The translations under genes and the position numbers were made by a program. A stretch of DNA of 64,000 nt from Sphyrna mokarran (lineage: Eukaryota), in contig JAGIQG010000013.1 in the NCBI GenBank assembly GCA_024679065.1, positions 23,994,001 to 24,058,000 on the forward strand, in the 5' to 3' direction. Of the stretch, positions 63,541 to 64,000 are shown piece by piece (the stretch's first letter is position 1; every line of letters starts with the position of its first letter). The notes beneath the pieces are model-generated. The model saw only the letters and a list, made by a program, of their open reading frames with translations. It made no database searches and was not told where the DNA came from.

Positions 63541-64000
63541 AACATAGAACATAGAACATTACAGCACAGAACAGGCCCTTCGACCTTCGATGTTGTGCCG
63601 ACCAAAATAAAAAGCAATGCCCCTCCAAACTAAACCATTCCCTTCTCTTCCATATACTTATCAATTAACCTCTTAAACGCCACCAAACTTGGCGCATCTA
63701 CAACAGCTGCAGGCAGGGCATTCCACTCCCTAATCACTCTTTGAGTAAAGAACCTACCTCTGATATCCGTCCTATAACTCATACCCCTTAATTTAAAGCT
63801 GTGTCCCCTCGTGCTAGCTTTCTCCATCCTAGGAAAAAGGCTATCACTGTCCACCCTATCTAAACCTCTAATCATCTTATATGCTTCAATAAGATCCCCT
63901 CTTAGCCGCCTCCTTTCTAACGAAAACAACCTCAAATCCTTCAACCTCTCTTCATAGGACCTGCCCTCCATACCAGGCAACATCCTGGTAAACCTCCTCT
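63541..64000 (-). mobile_element. Young CR1 LINE 3' end, running off the window, abutting a tRNA-SINE head (63505-63540)
   Basis: ORF 63630..63983 LFSLERRRLRGDLIE...FFTQRVIREWNALP; (AACATAG)n tail; same family as 45790-47875. Confidence 0.93.

Overview
Eukaryotic (vertebrate) genomic DNA, about 40% GC and repeat-rich. The repeat families (HE1-type V-SINEs, CR1/HER1 LINEs, DeuSINE, Rex1-Babar, Penelope) point to an elasmobranch, probably a shark; this is an inference. The window holds one host protein-coding gene, CHMP2B (ESCRT-III). It is complete on the + strand with six coding exons: 40546-40579, 44253-44344, 51008-51202, 53066-53168, 56380-56486 and 58066-58176. These total 642 nt, giving 213 aa, and all introns are GT-AG. 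The 40 kb upstream is intergenic and filled with SINEs, truncated LINEs, MITEs and Gypsy/Penelope relics. Almost all entries in the ORF track are spurious or transposon debris. I see no prokaryote-style novel system. The best leads are: (i) a 6 x ~69-bp tandem array just upstream of the CHMP2B start, each unit carrying a CTCF-like site within a hairpin; (ii) a candidate 27-nt stop-containing (poison) microexon in CHMP2B intron 1; (iii) a two-copy retroelement with an unexplained ~210-bp leader on a degenerate V-SINE, fused to a CR1 ORF2 end in one copy; (iv) V-SINEs with two different LINE-derived tails; (v) hammerhead-like cores in Penelope remnants; and (vi) a long repeat-poor putative 3' UTR. 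Repeat boundaries were read by eye and are approximate, and family names come from recall rather than a database search.
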